From NCBI RefSeq assembly GCF_963921235.1, contig NC_086108.1:70122001-70186000 (forward strand): a DNA stretch of 64,000 nt, in the 5' to 3' direction. The position numbers were made by a program, and so were the translations under genes. The stretch is from Mobula hypostoma. Taxonomy: Eukaryota. The notes under the pieces were generated by a model. The model saw nothing but the letters and a program-made list of their open reading frames with translations. It made no database searches and had not been told where the DNA came from. This document shows, piece after piece, positions 36,808 through 49,635 of this stretch (position 1 is its first letter; each line of letters opens with the position of its first letter).

Positions 36808-37080
36808 CTGGGGCAGCACAGTAGCACAGTGCTTTACAGTACCGATGTCCCGGGTTCAATTCCCACCAGCGCTTACAAGCAGCTTGTATGTTCTCCCCGT
36901 GACTGCGTGGGTGTCCTCTGGGTGCTCCAGTTTCATCGCACAGTTTAAAGATGTACCATTTCGTAGGTTAATTGGTCATTGTAAACTGTCCTGTGATTAG
37001 GCTAGGATTAAATTGGGAGATTGCTGGGCAGCACGGCTCAAAAGGCCAGAAGGCCTATCCATGCTGTATCTCAATAAATA
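36808..37080 (+). mobile_element. tRNA-derived V-domain SINE
   Basis: B box GGTTCAATTCC, V-like core, 3' tail ggcctatccatgctgtatctcaataaataaata. Confidence 0.75.
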
Positions 37081-37129
37081 AATATTTGGGAGCACAAATT
37101 GGGAACAGCTGTTCTCAGGAATGTGCAGG

Positions 37130-39120
37130 TTGTTTTGGCAGCACTTATGTGGCGTTCTGAACAAGTTTGCCCAATTGAGGCAGGGAAAGGATGGTAGGGT
37201 GAAGCAACCAGAGTTAACAAGTGAAGTAGAACATTTAGTCAAGAGGAAGAGAAAAAGAAAACTTAAGATTCAGGAAGCAAGGACCTGACAGGGCTCCAGA
37301 GAATTACAAGTGGCCAGGAAGAGGGGACTTAAGAAGGGAATTGGAGAGCTAGAAGAGTACATGTGAAGGCCTTGGCAAAGAACACATTAAGGCATTCTAC
37401 ACATATGTGAAGAATAGGGGTAGGACCAATCAGGGAAAAAGGACAAAGTCCGAGGAGGTTGGAGTTCCTAATGAATACTTTGTTTCAGTATTCACCAGTG
37501 AGCAGGACCTTGATGAATGTGAGGTCAGCGTAGAACAAGCTAATGAGCTGGAACATGTGGGGGTTGAAAAGAGGATTTGTTAGTACTTTTGAAAAACATT
37601 AGGACAGATATGTCATTGGAGAGGGATATACCCCAGGTTATTATGGGAAGCAAGGGAAGTGATTGCAGCTACTGGTGATCTTTGTGTCCTCACTGACCAC
37701 AGGAGTAGTGCCAGAACAAAGTTATTCCTTTGTTCAATAAAAAGGGTTAGAGGGCAATCTTGGGAATTATAGACCTGTGAGTCTTATATCAGAGGTGGCA
37801 GACTACTGGAAACAATTTTTAAAGGCAGGATGTACCAGTATTTGGAGAAGCATAGTCTGATTTGGGATTGTCAGTGTGGCTTTGTGAGGGGCAGGTCATG
37901 CATCATGAGCCTGACTGACTCTTTTCTTTGAGAAAATGACTAAACAAATTAATGAAGGTAGAGAAGTGGATGTGGTGAATATGGATTTCAGTAAGGAGTT
38001 CAATAATGTTCCCTATGGCAGCTCATTCAAAAGTCAGGAGACATGGAATCCAGGGAAAAATGGCTGCATAGATTCAGAATTGGCTTGCCACAAAAGGTGG
38101 CAGCAGATGGGACATACACTGCCTGGAGATGCATGGCTCATGGTGCTCCACAGGGATCTGTACTGGGACCACTGCTCATTGCGATTTTTATAAATGACTT
38201 GAATGAAGAAGTGGAAAGGAGGGTTAGTAGCTTTGATGATGATATGAAGGTTGGTGTTATGAATAGCGTAGAAGGTTATCTTGGGTTATAAAGGGACATT
38301 GACAGGATGCAGAGCTGGGCCAAGAAGTGGGAGATAAAGTTCCCAGAACTGTGAGAAATGATTCACTTTGGAAGGTTGAACTTGAAGCAGAGTATAGGCC
38401 AATAGCAAAGATTTTTAACCGTGTGAATGAACAACGGGATCTTGGGATCCATGTCCATAGATCTTTCAAAGTTGGCACACGTTATTAGCATGTTTAAGGC
38501 GGCATATGTGTGTTGATCTTCATTCGTCGGGGGACTTAGTTCAAGATCTGCGAGGTAATGTTACAACTCCATAAAACTCTGGTCAAACCACATTTGGAGT
38601 ATTGCGCTCAGTTTTGGTCTCCACATTATAGGAAGGATGTGGATGTTTTAAGAGAGGGCGCAGAAGATATTTGCCAGGATGCTGCCTGGATTAGAGAGCA
38701 TGTCCCATAACGTTGAGCTTGTTAGGGCTTTTCTCTTGGAACAGAGGAGTCGTCTTGATACGAGTGTATATGGTAAGAGGCATAAGTAGAGTGGACAACA
38801 AATGCTTCTGTCCCAGGCCAACAATGACTAATATGACAGGACATACTTTTAAGGTGATTGGAGGAAAGTATAGGAGAGACGTCAGAGGTAGTGTTTTTTT
38901 TTTGAAGAAACACCGAGTGGTTGTTGGATGGAATACACGGCTGGATTGGTGGTAGGCAGATACATTAGTCTTATTAAAGAGACTCTTAGATAAGCACACA
39001 GATGAAATAAAATGGGGGGGCTGGGTGGGAGGGAAGGGCAAGCTTGATCATGGAGGTTAAAAAGTTGACACAACAAAGTGGGCCAAAGGGCCTGTAATGT
39101 TCCGTATTGTTCTATGCTCT
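37130..39120 (+). mobile_element. Degraded CR1 LINE (RT through 3' UTR); an additional CR1 tail follows to about 39435
   Basis: ORFs 37936-38193, 38043-38291 (PQGSVLGPLL..FINDL) and 38713-38955. Confidence 0.88.
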
Positions 39121-39961
39121 AACATTAGTGCAGACACATTTCTTCCAAGGTAGAATGGTCAAATACTAAAGGACATACATTTAAGGGGCAGGGGAAGAAG
39201 TTTAAAGGAGATGTGCGGGGCAATAGGTGTGACTGGAATATGTTGCCGGGGTAGTGGTGGAAACAGGTATGACAGTCTTATTTTAGAGATTTTTACATAG
39301 ACATGTGATCACACAGGAAATGGACAGACATGCATCACATACAGGCAGAAAAGATTTAACTTAATTTGCCATCACACTTGTCCAGAGATCATAAACTGAA
39401 GGTTCTGTTCCTGTGCTTACTGCTCTACGGTCTAACATTAAGAACAATGCATCCAGTTAGAAACATTCGGGGGGGGGGGCGCATTCTGCTCAAGAACAAC
39501 TTTTGTTATTCAGATCCACTTACATAGTCAGGGACATTGACTTTGGATATGAGCTACTTACAAGATATTTTCAAGGGATATTATTCTGCCGACTGCAAAT
39601 GACTCATTGAAGGGGAAATCAGGGTGATGCATATAAAATAGGAAAGAGCCAAGCTGGACTTAAGCCAAAGATTCTGCAAAGGCTGGAAATCTTTAGCAAC
39701 ACACACAAAATGCTGGAGGAACTCATTAAGTCAGACAGCATCTATGGAGGGGAATAAACAGACTTTATTTGGCAGTTCTTTTCCCAGACTAGTGTTAACC
39801 TATAAATCACAAGTCTTTACACACCTTCAGAACAGAATTGCAGCATTTGCTGGACAGACGGATCAGGGGGATTTCATACCTTACAATATGTCTAATAACA
39901 GGAAATATAAAAATGGTCTCATGAACTTGCTTCAATTGTCCAATTTGACCAAATGATAATT

Positions 39962-40582
39962 TGATCCCGACATAGATTGGGAGACCGCTTCGCTGAGCAC
40001 CCTTGCTTCATCTGCCAGAAAAAGCAGGATCGCCCAGTGGCCACCCATTTTAATTCCACTTCCCATTCCCATATGTCAGTCCATGGCCTCCTCTAAGGCC
40101 ACACTCAGGTTGGAGGAACACCACCTTATAGTTCATCTGGGTAACCTCCAACCTAATGGTATGAACATCGATTTCTCGAGCTTCCGGTAATGCCCCCACC
40201 CCTCATCATTCCCCATCTCCTCTTCCCTCTCTCACCTTATCTCCTTGCCTGCCCATCTCTGGCACTGCTCCCCCTTTTCTTTTTTCCAGGGCCTTCTGTT
40301 AGATTCCCCCCTCTCCAACCCTGGTCTCTTTCACCAATCAACTTCCCAGTTCTTTTCTTTACCCCTGCCCCTCCCAGTAACACCTATCACCCTGTGCCTC
40401 TGCCTCCCCTCCCCCCACCTTTCATCTCTACTGATCTTTTTTTTCTCCAGTCCTGCTGAAGGGTCGCAGCCCAAAACGACAACTGTGCTCTTTTCCATAG
40501 ATGCTGTCTGGCCTGCTGAGCTCCTCCAGCATTTTGTGTGTGTTGCCCAGATTTCCAACATCTGCAGACTTTCTCTTGTTTG
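39962..40582 (+). mobile_element. Penelope-like 3' fragment with decayed hammerhead
   Basis: GIY-YIG remnant (RLGDRFAEH, PVATHFNS) and pLTR. 12-bp TSD CAAATGATAATT/CAAATGTTAATT (39950-39961, 40583-40594). Confidence 0.85.
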
Positions 40583-40772
40583 CAAATGTTAATTAACCCT
40601 ATTTTTCCTCCCTCACCTTAGATTTAAAATAACTTTCATTTTTATCTCTCCCAGGACAATACCCATTAGGGTTTGGCAAAGGACATCAAAGCCCGTTGTT
40701 TGAGCATCACAAGGGCATGGAATAGGCTTGATCATCAAATCTGGAGAAGAGCTAAAACATGGATCCTCTTAC

Positions 40773-40846
40773 CTCTACATTCACCATGACAAAGTTATGT
40801 GCCAGTTCTGAGATCTCCTGAGAAGAGGCAAACTTTGGTTTCAGAG
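40773..40846 (-). CDS. TXNDC12: TXNDC12 exon 4: (A)[24 protein letters not shown]
   Basis: Acceptor CTTCTAG, donor GTAAGA, 74 nt. Matches human [25 protein letters not shown]. Confidence 0.96.
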
Positions 40847-40988
40847 CTAGAAGTAATAGTATAATTCACAAAAAGAAATGTTTAAGTAGAACATTTTCAT
40901 GATGATGTGGTATAGAAAATAGTTAAGATCAATAATTTTTAAATTATTAGAATTTAAATTTTTAGAAGAATCCAAATTATGAATCTAC

Positions 40989-41041
40989 CTGTACAAGCAC
41001 CACACCAGCTTTTATGTATGATCAACATCAGTGGCAGACCA
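40989..41041 (-). CDS. TXNDC12: TXNDC12 exon 3: (S)GLPLMLIIHKSWCGACT, active-site CxxC
   Basis: Acceptor TCTTTTTAG, donor GTAGAT, 53 nt. Contains the WCGAC thioredoxin motif. Confidence 0.97.
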
Positions 41042-41529
41042 CTAAAAAGAGAACAAAGAAAAATCTTTAGCAGTAAATAATATACAGGTTACTCGTCTTA
41101 ATGATCTCTGAATGTTCATACCAAATCATAAGACATTTTAAATCTTGCTCCCCAAAACTGAACCAATATTATTGGGCAAATAAATAATATGCACAAATTT
41201 CACAATGGCTATTTCCCATTTCTTCTTCCTCCATTTCCCTGTCTCAAATGGAGTTTCATGGAAATATCAGCTACTAATCTTCATGCCAATCTGGACAGTG
41301 AGAATTTGCAAGCTATCCCACCAATACCCAGGGAACCTCAGGCACTGACATACCACGGCTGCTTTAAGGGCCTCAAGACAATGATTACAAATAGCAAACC
41401 AGGTCAGAGAAACCGAAGTATCACTTCTATTGCAAATGTGCTAAAACCAACTAACTCAGAGCAGACAAAATCAAACCAAAACATTGCACAATTCAACTGC
41501 AACCTAGCTTTGCCAGGAAGGACACATTA

Positions 41530-41915
41530 CTTACTAACTGCCCATTACCGCTGGCATTTAGGGCAGCAATGAAGATCCACCATCTCCGGCAGTGTTCAGG
41601 GTATCCTTCACTGTGCCAGTAGCTTCCTCAGTTTTCACTACTGTCAGTCCTGGGTGGAGTCCCAGGAATACCATCTCACTCAGATGTAGGATTCTTCTTC
41701 GCTGTTTCCATAACAGTTTTGTCTTATCGATCAGGGTTGTTAGCCCCGAGATGAATCCCTGAACCTGAAGGACCAGAGGACCACACTTAGTCCGTCTTCT
41801 ACCCTTAGACCCTTTTGGCATGGGCGACTCAACCAAGAGCCAAAGTACAAAGCCCTGACTCCAGCCAAAATAGCTCTCCAGATCACTGAGGAATGCAAGC
41901 CTCCAAACCACAACA
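41530..41915 (-). mobile_element. Probable RTE-derived non-autonomous (5' UTR plus 3' end) element
   Basis: Blocks tggcatgggcgactcaacc, actccagccaaaatagctctc and cagggttgttagcccc resemble RTE 5' UTR sequence. No ORF. Confidence 0.45.
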
Positions 41916-43309
41916 TGGTTACAGTCCTCTTGGAGGGAAATAAGACACATGAAAAACTCCTTAATCAATAGTCCACTCAGTGTATCACTAAAATGCCAAA
42001 TCAAGGCAATTGACTGCAGAAAGCAAATTATAAAATTAAACAATCCAAATAATATTTACTACATTCTGCTGGTATCACGTCTTTCACAGTCTTACTGCTA
42101 ATTATATTTACAATTAGTTTTGTTTTTTTTAATTAAAAAAAGGTCAAACGCGAATGTGCAGAGCTGAAAGGCCATAAAGTGCAACACAACAGCACTGGAT
42201 CTGCGTCTGACTCTGAACGTGAAAACATACCATTTGACATCTCAACAGATGGGCCCAAAGATTAAAACCATTAAAGCACCCATGAAGCCCATTGGCATCA
42301 TCCCACTAACCCCCAAGTCACTGCTATTGGCTTACCAAGGAGATATGGAAGGCAAAATCTCCTCGGAATTCTGCTTATTGTTCATGCGTGCGTATTTTGC
42401 AATAAAGTTTGGATTCAGTTGTGCACTTTTCTAATTTTAACTCATATGAAAAATGATTCTGACCAATTCTCAGGGAATTCCCCAGTTAGGAATTTGGGAT
42501 TATACTGAAAGGATACAATGGGGTCTACTTGCATTTACAACTACACTTATAAATACAGTTGCCAAATGCAAATCAAACAAAAAAATCAGCATTTCAATAG
42601 GAAATATTTCACAAAATAGTTCTTTGACTGCAAAAAGCTCAGACTCAACTTGGAATTTCCACCTCAATAGTCAGATTAAAATACATTTGCTTCATCAATA
42701 GAATACAAACAATGGAAACAGTGTTGACCGTTGGAGCCATGTAGACAATGTAAAATGCAGTTTTTATCCACCTTGCAACACAGCAGACCATTTTAGAAAG
42801 TAATTTATGGATTTTCAAAAGTCATTCTGTTATTTCCTTGAAGTTGCTGTGCATAATTAGCAATCTATACTGTTTATCTCTAGTATTTTTAAAGTTTGCC
42901 CCATTGCAAAAAAACACAATGAATATTTCCTTTTCTAAATTAAGTACTGACACCTTGTGGTGAAGTAACCGCAAAATACAAACATCTGTAATCTGCATAG
43001 CTGTAGTAAAAGTTACTTTCACAAGTATACAAAATATAGATGATTTCCATTTCACTACATTATTATTTGAACTAAGCCATATTATTAAAAACAACATACC
43101 CACTTGTCCTAAATCAAACATACACGATGTATAAATGCTGAAAATGAACAGCCCAATACGCCAATCCAAGTTTGGAGGCGTATTTTTTTCTAAGCTCTGA
43201 AGATTCAACTGCTGCCAACAATAGTGTTTTAGTATGAACACAGTACATTCAGATTTGCATAATTTGTATAAAACTCCACGCCAGAACAGGAAGAGGAAGT
43301 TCTGTATAC

Positions 43310-43370
43310 CTGGCTTCGGCTACTTTTTTACCATCATCAAGAGTAGTCCAGTGAATATGATCTCCAAATC
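43310..43370 (-). CDS. TXNDC12: TXNDC12 exon 2: (G)FGDHIHWTTLDDGKKVAEA(S)
   Basis: Acceptor TTTTTCAG, donor GTATAC, 61 nt. Matches human [21 protein letters not shown]. Confidence 0.96.
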
Positions 43371-43835
43371 CTGAAAAATAGTTAAATTCCCAGTTTCAAT
43401 AAGTTATACCACACCAAGTCAAATTCTCATATCCAAACAATATGTATTGCGAATCTTAATCACTTATTGTTAAATACGAAAGGGCCATCTTAAATTAATC
43501 GATAATTATCGGCATGGACTTTTAAGGATGGATTCTGCAGAACGTCGGGATTCTGCAGGGAATGAAATACTAGAACAAAATGGAGAATAAATCAACGATT
43601 TCCTTTCATGGATGTGCAGGAACTATTACTTGTTCTCCCTTCTATTTTTCCAAATGGATTACTGGGTCGAAAACAAAAATGACATTCACCCTATATTAGC
43701 ATCTGAGCATCCCATCTAACATAATAACTCACGTAACTATAGGAAACTTGTCATTCTTAGCCACACAATGAGTGATCGGGTTTTGCAACAGAACGAGGCC
43801 ATTAATGATTTCTTATCTTAAAAATACTGACAAAC

Positions 43836-43920
43836 CTCTTCCTAGACTTCCACCCTCAGAAGCGTGGGAGCAGATCAGACCGCTCCAAAACACGGCAAGC
43901 AAGGCCTCCCGAAGCTTCAT
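43836..43920 (-). CDS. TXNDC12: TXNDC12 exon 1 coding part: MKLREALLAVFWSGLICSHASEGGSLGR (signal peptide)
   Basis: ATG with A at -3, a hydrophobic signal-like stretch, and an LGR-G ending like human LGK-G. Donor GTTTGT in phase 1. The exons sum to 507 nt = 168 aa + stop. Confidence 0.9.
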
Positions 43921-44090
43921 GATTCATCCGACCTTCCGAGCAAACTGAATGAAGCCGGCAGCCGGGGACCTACCGGAACTGACGCACCCGACGACCAGGA
44001 ACATCCGGCTAGAATTCGGAACGTCCCCCTGATGCCAAATGTGGGTACAGGACTCCTCCCAAAATCGTCCTGATAGTCGCCCTTTGGAAA
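43921..44090 (-). promoter_or_regulatory. TXNDC12 5' UTR and CpG-rich promoter
   Basis: CpG-rich non-repeat sequence directly upstream of the ATG, with ETS-like ACCGGAA (43972-43978) adjacent to TGACG. Confidence 0.65.
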
Positions 44091-44494
44091 ATCATTTCCA
44101 TACACATAAATTGCCGTCCGATTCAATTTTAGCCATCAACTTAGTTGCAACGTTGAGATTTAACATGAAGTTATATGTCTGCTGTACAGAAAAAGTTAAA
44201 TCAAATTGCTTTTCCTCTAAGACAAAGGTAGATATGTATTATACAGATAGCTATGAGCAAATTTCATAGAACTAAATTTCAGCTCTGTGCCCTACAAAAT
44301 ATCTTTATCTCCAAAGCAGTCAGGATCACAATGCAGCAATTTCTGAACTTGTGGCCCGGTTAGAAACTGGCAAGTTTGACGTTGTGGGCATCACTGAGTC
44401 GTGGCTGAAAGAAGTACATAATTGGAAATTTATTATCTAAAGGACAGGCAGGTAAGCAAAGGGGTAGGCTGCTTCTGTTGGTAAAGATGTTTTC

Positions 44495-46218
44495 ATAGAA
44501 CATAGAACAGTACAGCCCTTCAGTCCACAATGTTGTGCTGACGCTCAAACCCTGCCTCTCACATAAGCCCCCACCTTAAATTCCTCCATATACATGTCCA
44601 GTAGTCTCTTAAACTTCACTAGTGTATCTGCCTCCACCACTGACTCAGGCAGTGCATTCCACGCACCGACCACTCTCTGAGTAAAAAACCTTCCTCTAAT
44701 ATCCCCCTTGAACTTTACACACCTTACCTTAAAGCCATGTCCTCTTGTATTGAGCAGTGGTGCCCTGGGGAAGAGGCGCTGGCTATCCACTCTATCTATT
44801 CCTCTTAGTATCTTGTACACCTCTATCATGTCTCCTCTCATCCTCCTTCTCTCCAAAGAGTAAAGCCCTAGCTCCCTTAATCTCTGATCATAATGCATAC
44901 TCTCTAAACCAGGCAGCATCCTGGTAAATCTCCTCTGTACCCTTTCTAATGCTTCCACATCCTTCCTATAGTGAGGCGACCAGAACTGGACACAGTACTC
45001 CACAAGTGTGGCCTAACCAGAGTTTTATAGAGCTGCATCATTACCTCGTGACTCTTAAACTCTATCCCTCGACTTATGAAAGCTAACACCCCATAAGCTT
45101 TCTTAACTACCCTATCCACCTGTGAGGCAACTTTCAGGGATCTGTGGACATGTACCCCCAGATCCCTCTGCTCCTCCACACTACCAAGTATCCTACCATT
45201 TACTTTGTACTCTGCCTTGGAGTTTGTCCTTCCAAAGTGCACCACCTCACACTTCTCCGGGTTGAACTCCATCTGCCACTTCTCAGTCCACTTCTGCATC
45301 CTATCAATGTCTCTCTGCAATCTTTGACAATCCTCTACACTATCTACAACACCACCAACCTTTGTGTCGTCTGCAAACTTGCCAACCCACCCTTCTACCC
45401 CCACATCCCGATTGTTAATAAAAATCACGAAAAGTAGAGGTCCCAGAACCAATCCTTGTGGGACACCACTAGTCACAATCCTCCAATCTGAATGTACTCC
45501 CTCCACCACGACCCTCTGCCTTCTGCAGGCAAGCCAATTCTGAATCCACCTGGCCAAACTTCCCTGGATCCCATGCCTTCTGACTTTCTGAATAAGCCTA
45601 CCATGTGGAACCTTGTCAATTGCCTTACTAAAATCCATATAGATCACATCCACTGCACTACCCTCATCTATATGCCTGGTCACCTCCTCAAAGAACTCTA
45701 TCAGGCTTGTTAGACACGATCTGCCCTTCACAAAGCCATGCTGACTGTCCCTGATCAGACCATGATTCTCTAAATGCCCAGAGATCCTATCTCTAAGAAT
45801 CTTTTCCAACAGCTTTCCCACCACAGATGCAAGGCTCCCTGGTCTATAATTACCCGGACTATCCTTACTACCTTTTTTGAACAAGGGGACAACATTCACC
45901 TCCCTCCAATCCTCCGGTACCATTCCCGTGGACAATGAGGACATAAAGATCCTAGCCAGAGGCTCAGCAATCTCTTCCCTCACCTCGTGGAGCAGCCTGG
46001 GGAATATTCTGTCAGACCCCAGGGATTTATCCGTCCTAATGTATTTTAACAACTCCAACACATCTACTCCCTTAATATCAATATGCTCCAGAACATCAAC
46101 CTCATTCATATTGTCCTCACCATCAAGTTCCCTCTCATTGGCGAATATAGAAGAGAAGTATTCATTGAGGACCTCGCTCACTTCCACAGCCTCCAGGCAC
46201 ATCTTCCCACCTTTATCT
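44495..46218 (-). mobile_element. Young 5'-truncated CR1 LINE inserted antisense into the older CR1
   Basis: 418-aa ORF (44946-46202) plus 152-aa ORF (44545-45003) with a single frameshift. Full RT motifs including KFADD. (CATAGAA)n tail. Confidence 0.95.
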
Positions 46219-46835
46219 CTGAAATCAAATCCTTAGGAAGAGGTGACATGAATCAGAAAATGTAGAATCCTTGTGGGTAGAGTTAAGAAACTGCAAGGGT
46301 TAAAAAATCCTGATGGGAGTTAAATACAGGCCCCCAAAACATCAGCCAGGATGTGAGATATAAATTATAATGGTGTTGTGTAATGAACCAGATTTGTTTA
46401 GGAAGCTTAAAGTAAAGGAACCCTTAGGAGACAGCGATCATAATGTGATAGAATTTACCTTGCAGTTTGAGAGGGAGAAGCTAAAGTCAGAGGTATCAGT
46501 ATTACAGTGGAGTAAAGGGAATTACAGAGGCGTGAGAGAGAAGTTGGGTTGGCCAAAGTTGATTGGAAGGGGACACTAGTGGGGTTGATGGCAGAGCAGC
46601 ATTAGCTGCAGTTTATGGGGGCAATTCAGAAGGTACAGAATAAATACATCCCAAAGATGATGAAGTATTCCAATGGGAGAATGGGGAAACCATAGCTGAC
46701 AAGGGAAGCCAAAGACAGCATAAAAGCAAAAGAGAAGGCATATAATATAGCAAAAATTAGTGGGAACTTAGAGGACTGGAAGCTTTTGAAAACCAAAAAA
46801 GCCATAAGGAGAGAAAACATGAAATATGAAGGTAA

Positions 46836-47009
46836 CACTCACAACACGCTGGAGGAACTCAGCAGGTCGGGCAGCATCTGTGGAAAAGATCGGTTGATGT
46901 CTCGGGCCAGAACGTCAACTGATCTTTTCCACGAATGCTGCCCAACCTGCTGAGTTCCTCCAGCGTGTTGTGAGTGTTGCTTTGACCCCAGCATCTGCAG
47001 ATTATTTTG
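46836..47009. mobile_element. 174-bp Penelope-derived fold-back mini-element
   Basis: Inverted arms of about 65 bp of pLTR sequence plus a short tail. Perfect 16-bp TSD TGAAATATGAAGGTAA (46820-46835, 47010-47025). Confidence 0.88.
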
Positions 47010-49399
47010 TGAAATATGAAGGTAAGCTGGTCAATACATAAAAGAGGATACCCAACATTTTTTTCAGATATATGAGAAGTAAAAGAGAGGAGTGAATATC
47101 GAACCACTGGAAAATGACATTGGAGAGCTAGTAACAAGGGATAAAGAAATGGTGGATGAACTTAATAAGTATTTTACATCAGTCTTCACTGTAGAAGACA
47201 CTAGCAATATGCAAGAAACTCAAGAGTGTCAGGGGGCAGAAGTGAAAGTAGGAGAAGGTGCTTGGGAAGCTGAAAGGTCTGAAAGTAGATAAGTCACCTG
47301 GGCCAATTGGAATACACCCTAGAATTCTGAAAAAGGTAGCTGAAGAGATTGTGGAGGTATTAACAATTATACTTCCAAGAATCACTAGATTCAGGAAAGG
47401 TTCCAGAGAAATGGAAAATTGCAAATGTCACCGCTCTTTAAGGAAGGGAGACAGAAGAAAGGAAATTATAGGCCAGTTAGCCTTCAGTGGTTGGGAAAAT
47501 GTTGGTGTCCACTATAAAGGATGACATTGAGGTAATTGGAGACACAAGAAAAAATAGACCAAAGTTGGCATAGTTTTCTTAAGGGGAAATCTCACCTGAT
47601 GAATCTGTTGGAATTCTTTGAAGAAATAACAGTCAGGATAGATAAAGGAGAGTCAGTAGATATTGTTTATTTGGATTTGCAGAAGGCCTTTGACAAAGGT
47701 GCCATTCATGACTGATTAGCAGGAGGCAAAGCATGGGAATAAAGGGGGCCTATTCTGGTAGACTGCTGGCAACCAGTGACAATCTTCAGGGTTCAGGGTT
47801 CAATATTGGGACCACTGCTCTTTACATTATATGTCAATGATTTGAATGAGAGAATTGATGGCTTTGTGGCCAAGTTTGTGGACAATATGAAGATAGATGG
47901 AGGCAGGTAGTATTGAGGAAACAGAGAATCTGCAGAAGGACTAAGACAGTTTAGGAGAATAGGCAAAGAAGTAGCAGATAGAATATAGCATAAGGGAGTG
48001 TATAGTCGTGCACTTTGGTTAAATAAATGAAGTGTAGTCTCTTTTCTAAATGGAGAGAAAATTTAAAAAACCTGAGGCACAAGGGGACTTGGGAGTATTT
48101 GTGCAGGATTCCCTAAAGGTTAATTTGCAGGTTGAGTCTGTGATGAGGAAGGTAAATGCAACGTTAGCATTCATTTCAAGAGGACTAGAATATAAAACCA
48201 AGGATGTAATTTTGATGCTTTAGAAAGTGCTGGTGAGGCCTCACAGAATATAGTGAACAGTTTTGGGCCCCTTATCTAGAAAGGACATACTGACGTGGGA
48301 GAGGGTTCAAAGGAAGTTCTCAAAAATGATTCCAGGATTGACAGGCTTGTCATATGAGGAGTGTTTATTGGCTCTGGGCCTCCCCTCACTAGAACTCAGA
48401 AGAATGAGCAGTGACCTCATTGAAACCTTGAAAGATCTTGATAGAGTGGATGTGGAGAGGATGTTTCCTATGGTGGGGAAACCTAGGACCAGAAGACAGA
48501 GCCTCAGCATAAAGGGATGTCCTTTTAGATAGAAGATGAAGAGGAATTTCTTTAGCCAGAGAACGGTGAATATGTAGAATTTGTTGCCACAGGGGGCTGT
48601 GGAGGCCAGGTCATTTGGTATATTTGAGGCAGAGATCAATGGATTCTTTATTAGTCAGGATGTGAAGGGATATGGGGAGGAGGTATGAGATTGGGGCTGA
48701 GACAGAAAATGTATCAGCTATGTTGAATGGCCTAACTCTGCTTCTATATCTTTTGGTCTTATGGTTCAAGAGCCTAATGGTTGAAGAGTAGTAACTGTTC
48801 CTGAACCTGGTGATGTGGGGCTTGAGACTGCTGTAGTTCCTTCCAGATGGCAGAGAGAGAAGAGAGCATGGCCTGGATAATGGGGGTCATTGATGATGGA
48901 TGCTGCCTTTCTGTGGTGGCAACGTTCCTTGTAATTGGATAGGATATCCATGTAAGTAGGATGGAAGATGTCTGTGAGCCTGAAGAGCTAGTACGTGCTT
49001 TCAGACTTTTGTATTTCTGCCTGATGGAAGGGTGAGAAGTGAGAATATCTGGGATGGGTGGGATCTTTGATAATGACTGGGTTTACTGAGGCAGTGGAAA
49101 ACATGGGGGGGGGGGTGGTAGTCTGGTTCTGTCATGTGCTCAACTGTGCTCACAATTCCCTGAGCTTTCTTGCAATCACAAGCAAAGCATTTACCATACC
49201 AAGCCGAGGTGCGTCGCAACAGGAAGTTTTCTGTGGCGCATCCTAGAAACTTGAAACAGTCAACCCTCTCAAACTGAGCAAGTTTATTTCCATTCCAGAA
49301 CATCTGAGATGTACTCTTTTATCAAAGGATGGGGATCCACACCTCTTCTGTTTCCCACATATCTGTCCTCACGCCATCCCCCTACCCATGTAACAAGGA

Positions 49400-49635
49400 T
49401 AGTGCACGTGGCCAAGTGGTTAAGGCGTTTGTCTAGTGATCTGAAGGTTGTTAGTTTGAGCCTCAGCTGTGGCAGCATGTTTGTGTCCTTGAGCAAGGCA
49501 CCAAACCACACATTGCTCTAGTCTGTGCAAGGAATGGCGCCCCACACAGACTTCCAATCTGCGCCTTGTACGGCATGAAAATGCCCGACGCAGGCCTCTC
49601 ATGGTCTGAGTCGATGTTCCCTCCCCCCCCTCCCC
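49400..49635 (+). mobile_element. tRNA-derived SINE with CORE-like domain
   Basis: Perfect A box TGGCCAAGTGG and CORE-like tgtgtccttgagcaaggcaccaaaccac. Confidence 0.7.

Larger units (their letters stand above)
44345..48765 (+). mobile_element. Old CR1 LINE (APE endonuclease, RT, 3' UTR) hosting two nested insertions
   Basis: Starts ELVARLETGKFDVVGITESWLKE. ORFs 46370-46579 (LGDSDHNVIEF), 47258-47524 (KSPGPIGIHPRILK) and 48263-48532. Tail tggtcttatggt. Confidence 0.85.

Noticed and set aside
41558-43241. ORFs of 139-161 aa in TXNDC12 intron 2 as KTI12 or another nested gene
   Set aside because: They have no P-loop or other domain motifs. One overlaps a repeat and the other has AT-rich random composition.
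49400-49475. tRNA gene (also 23175, 26180, 36808, 62050-62125)
   Set aside because: The A/B boxes run into SINE bodies and no intact cloverleaf is present.
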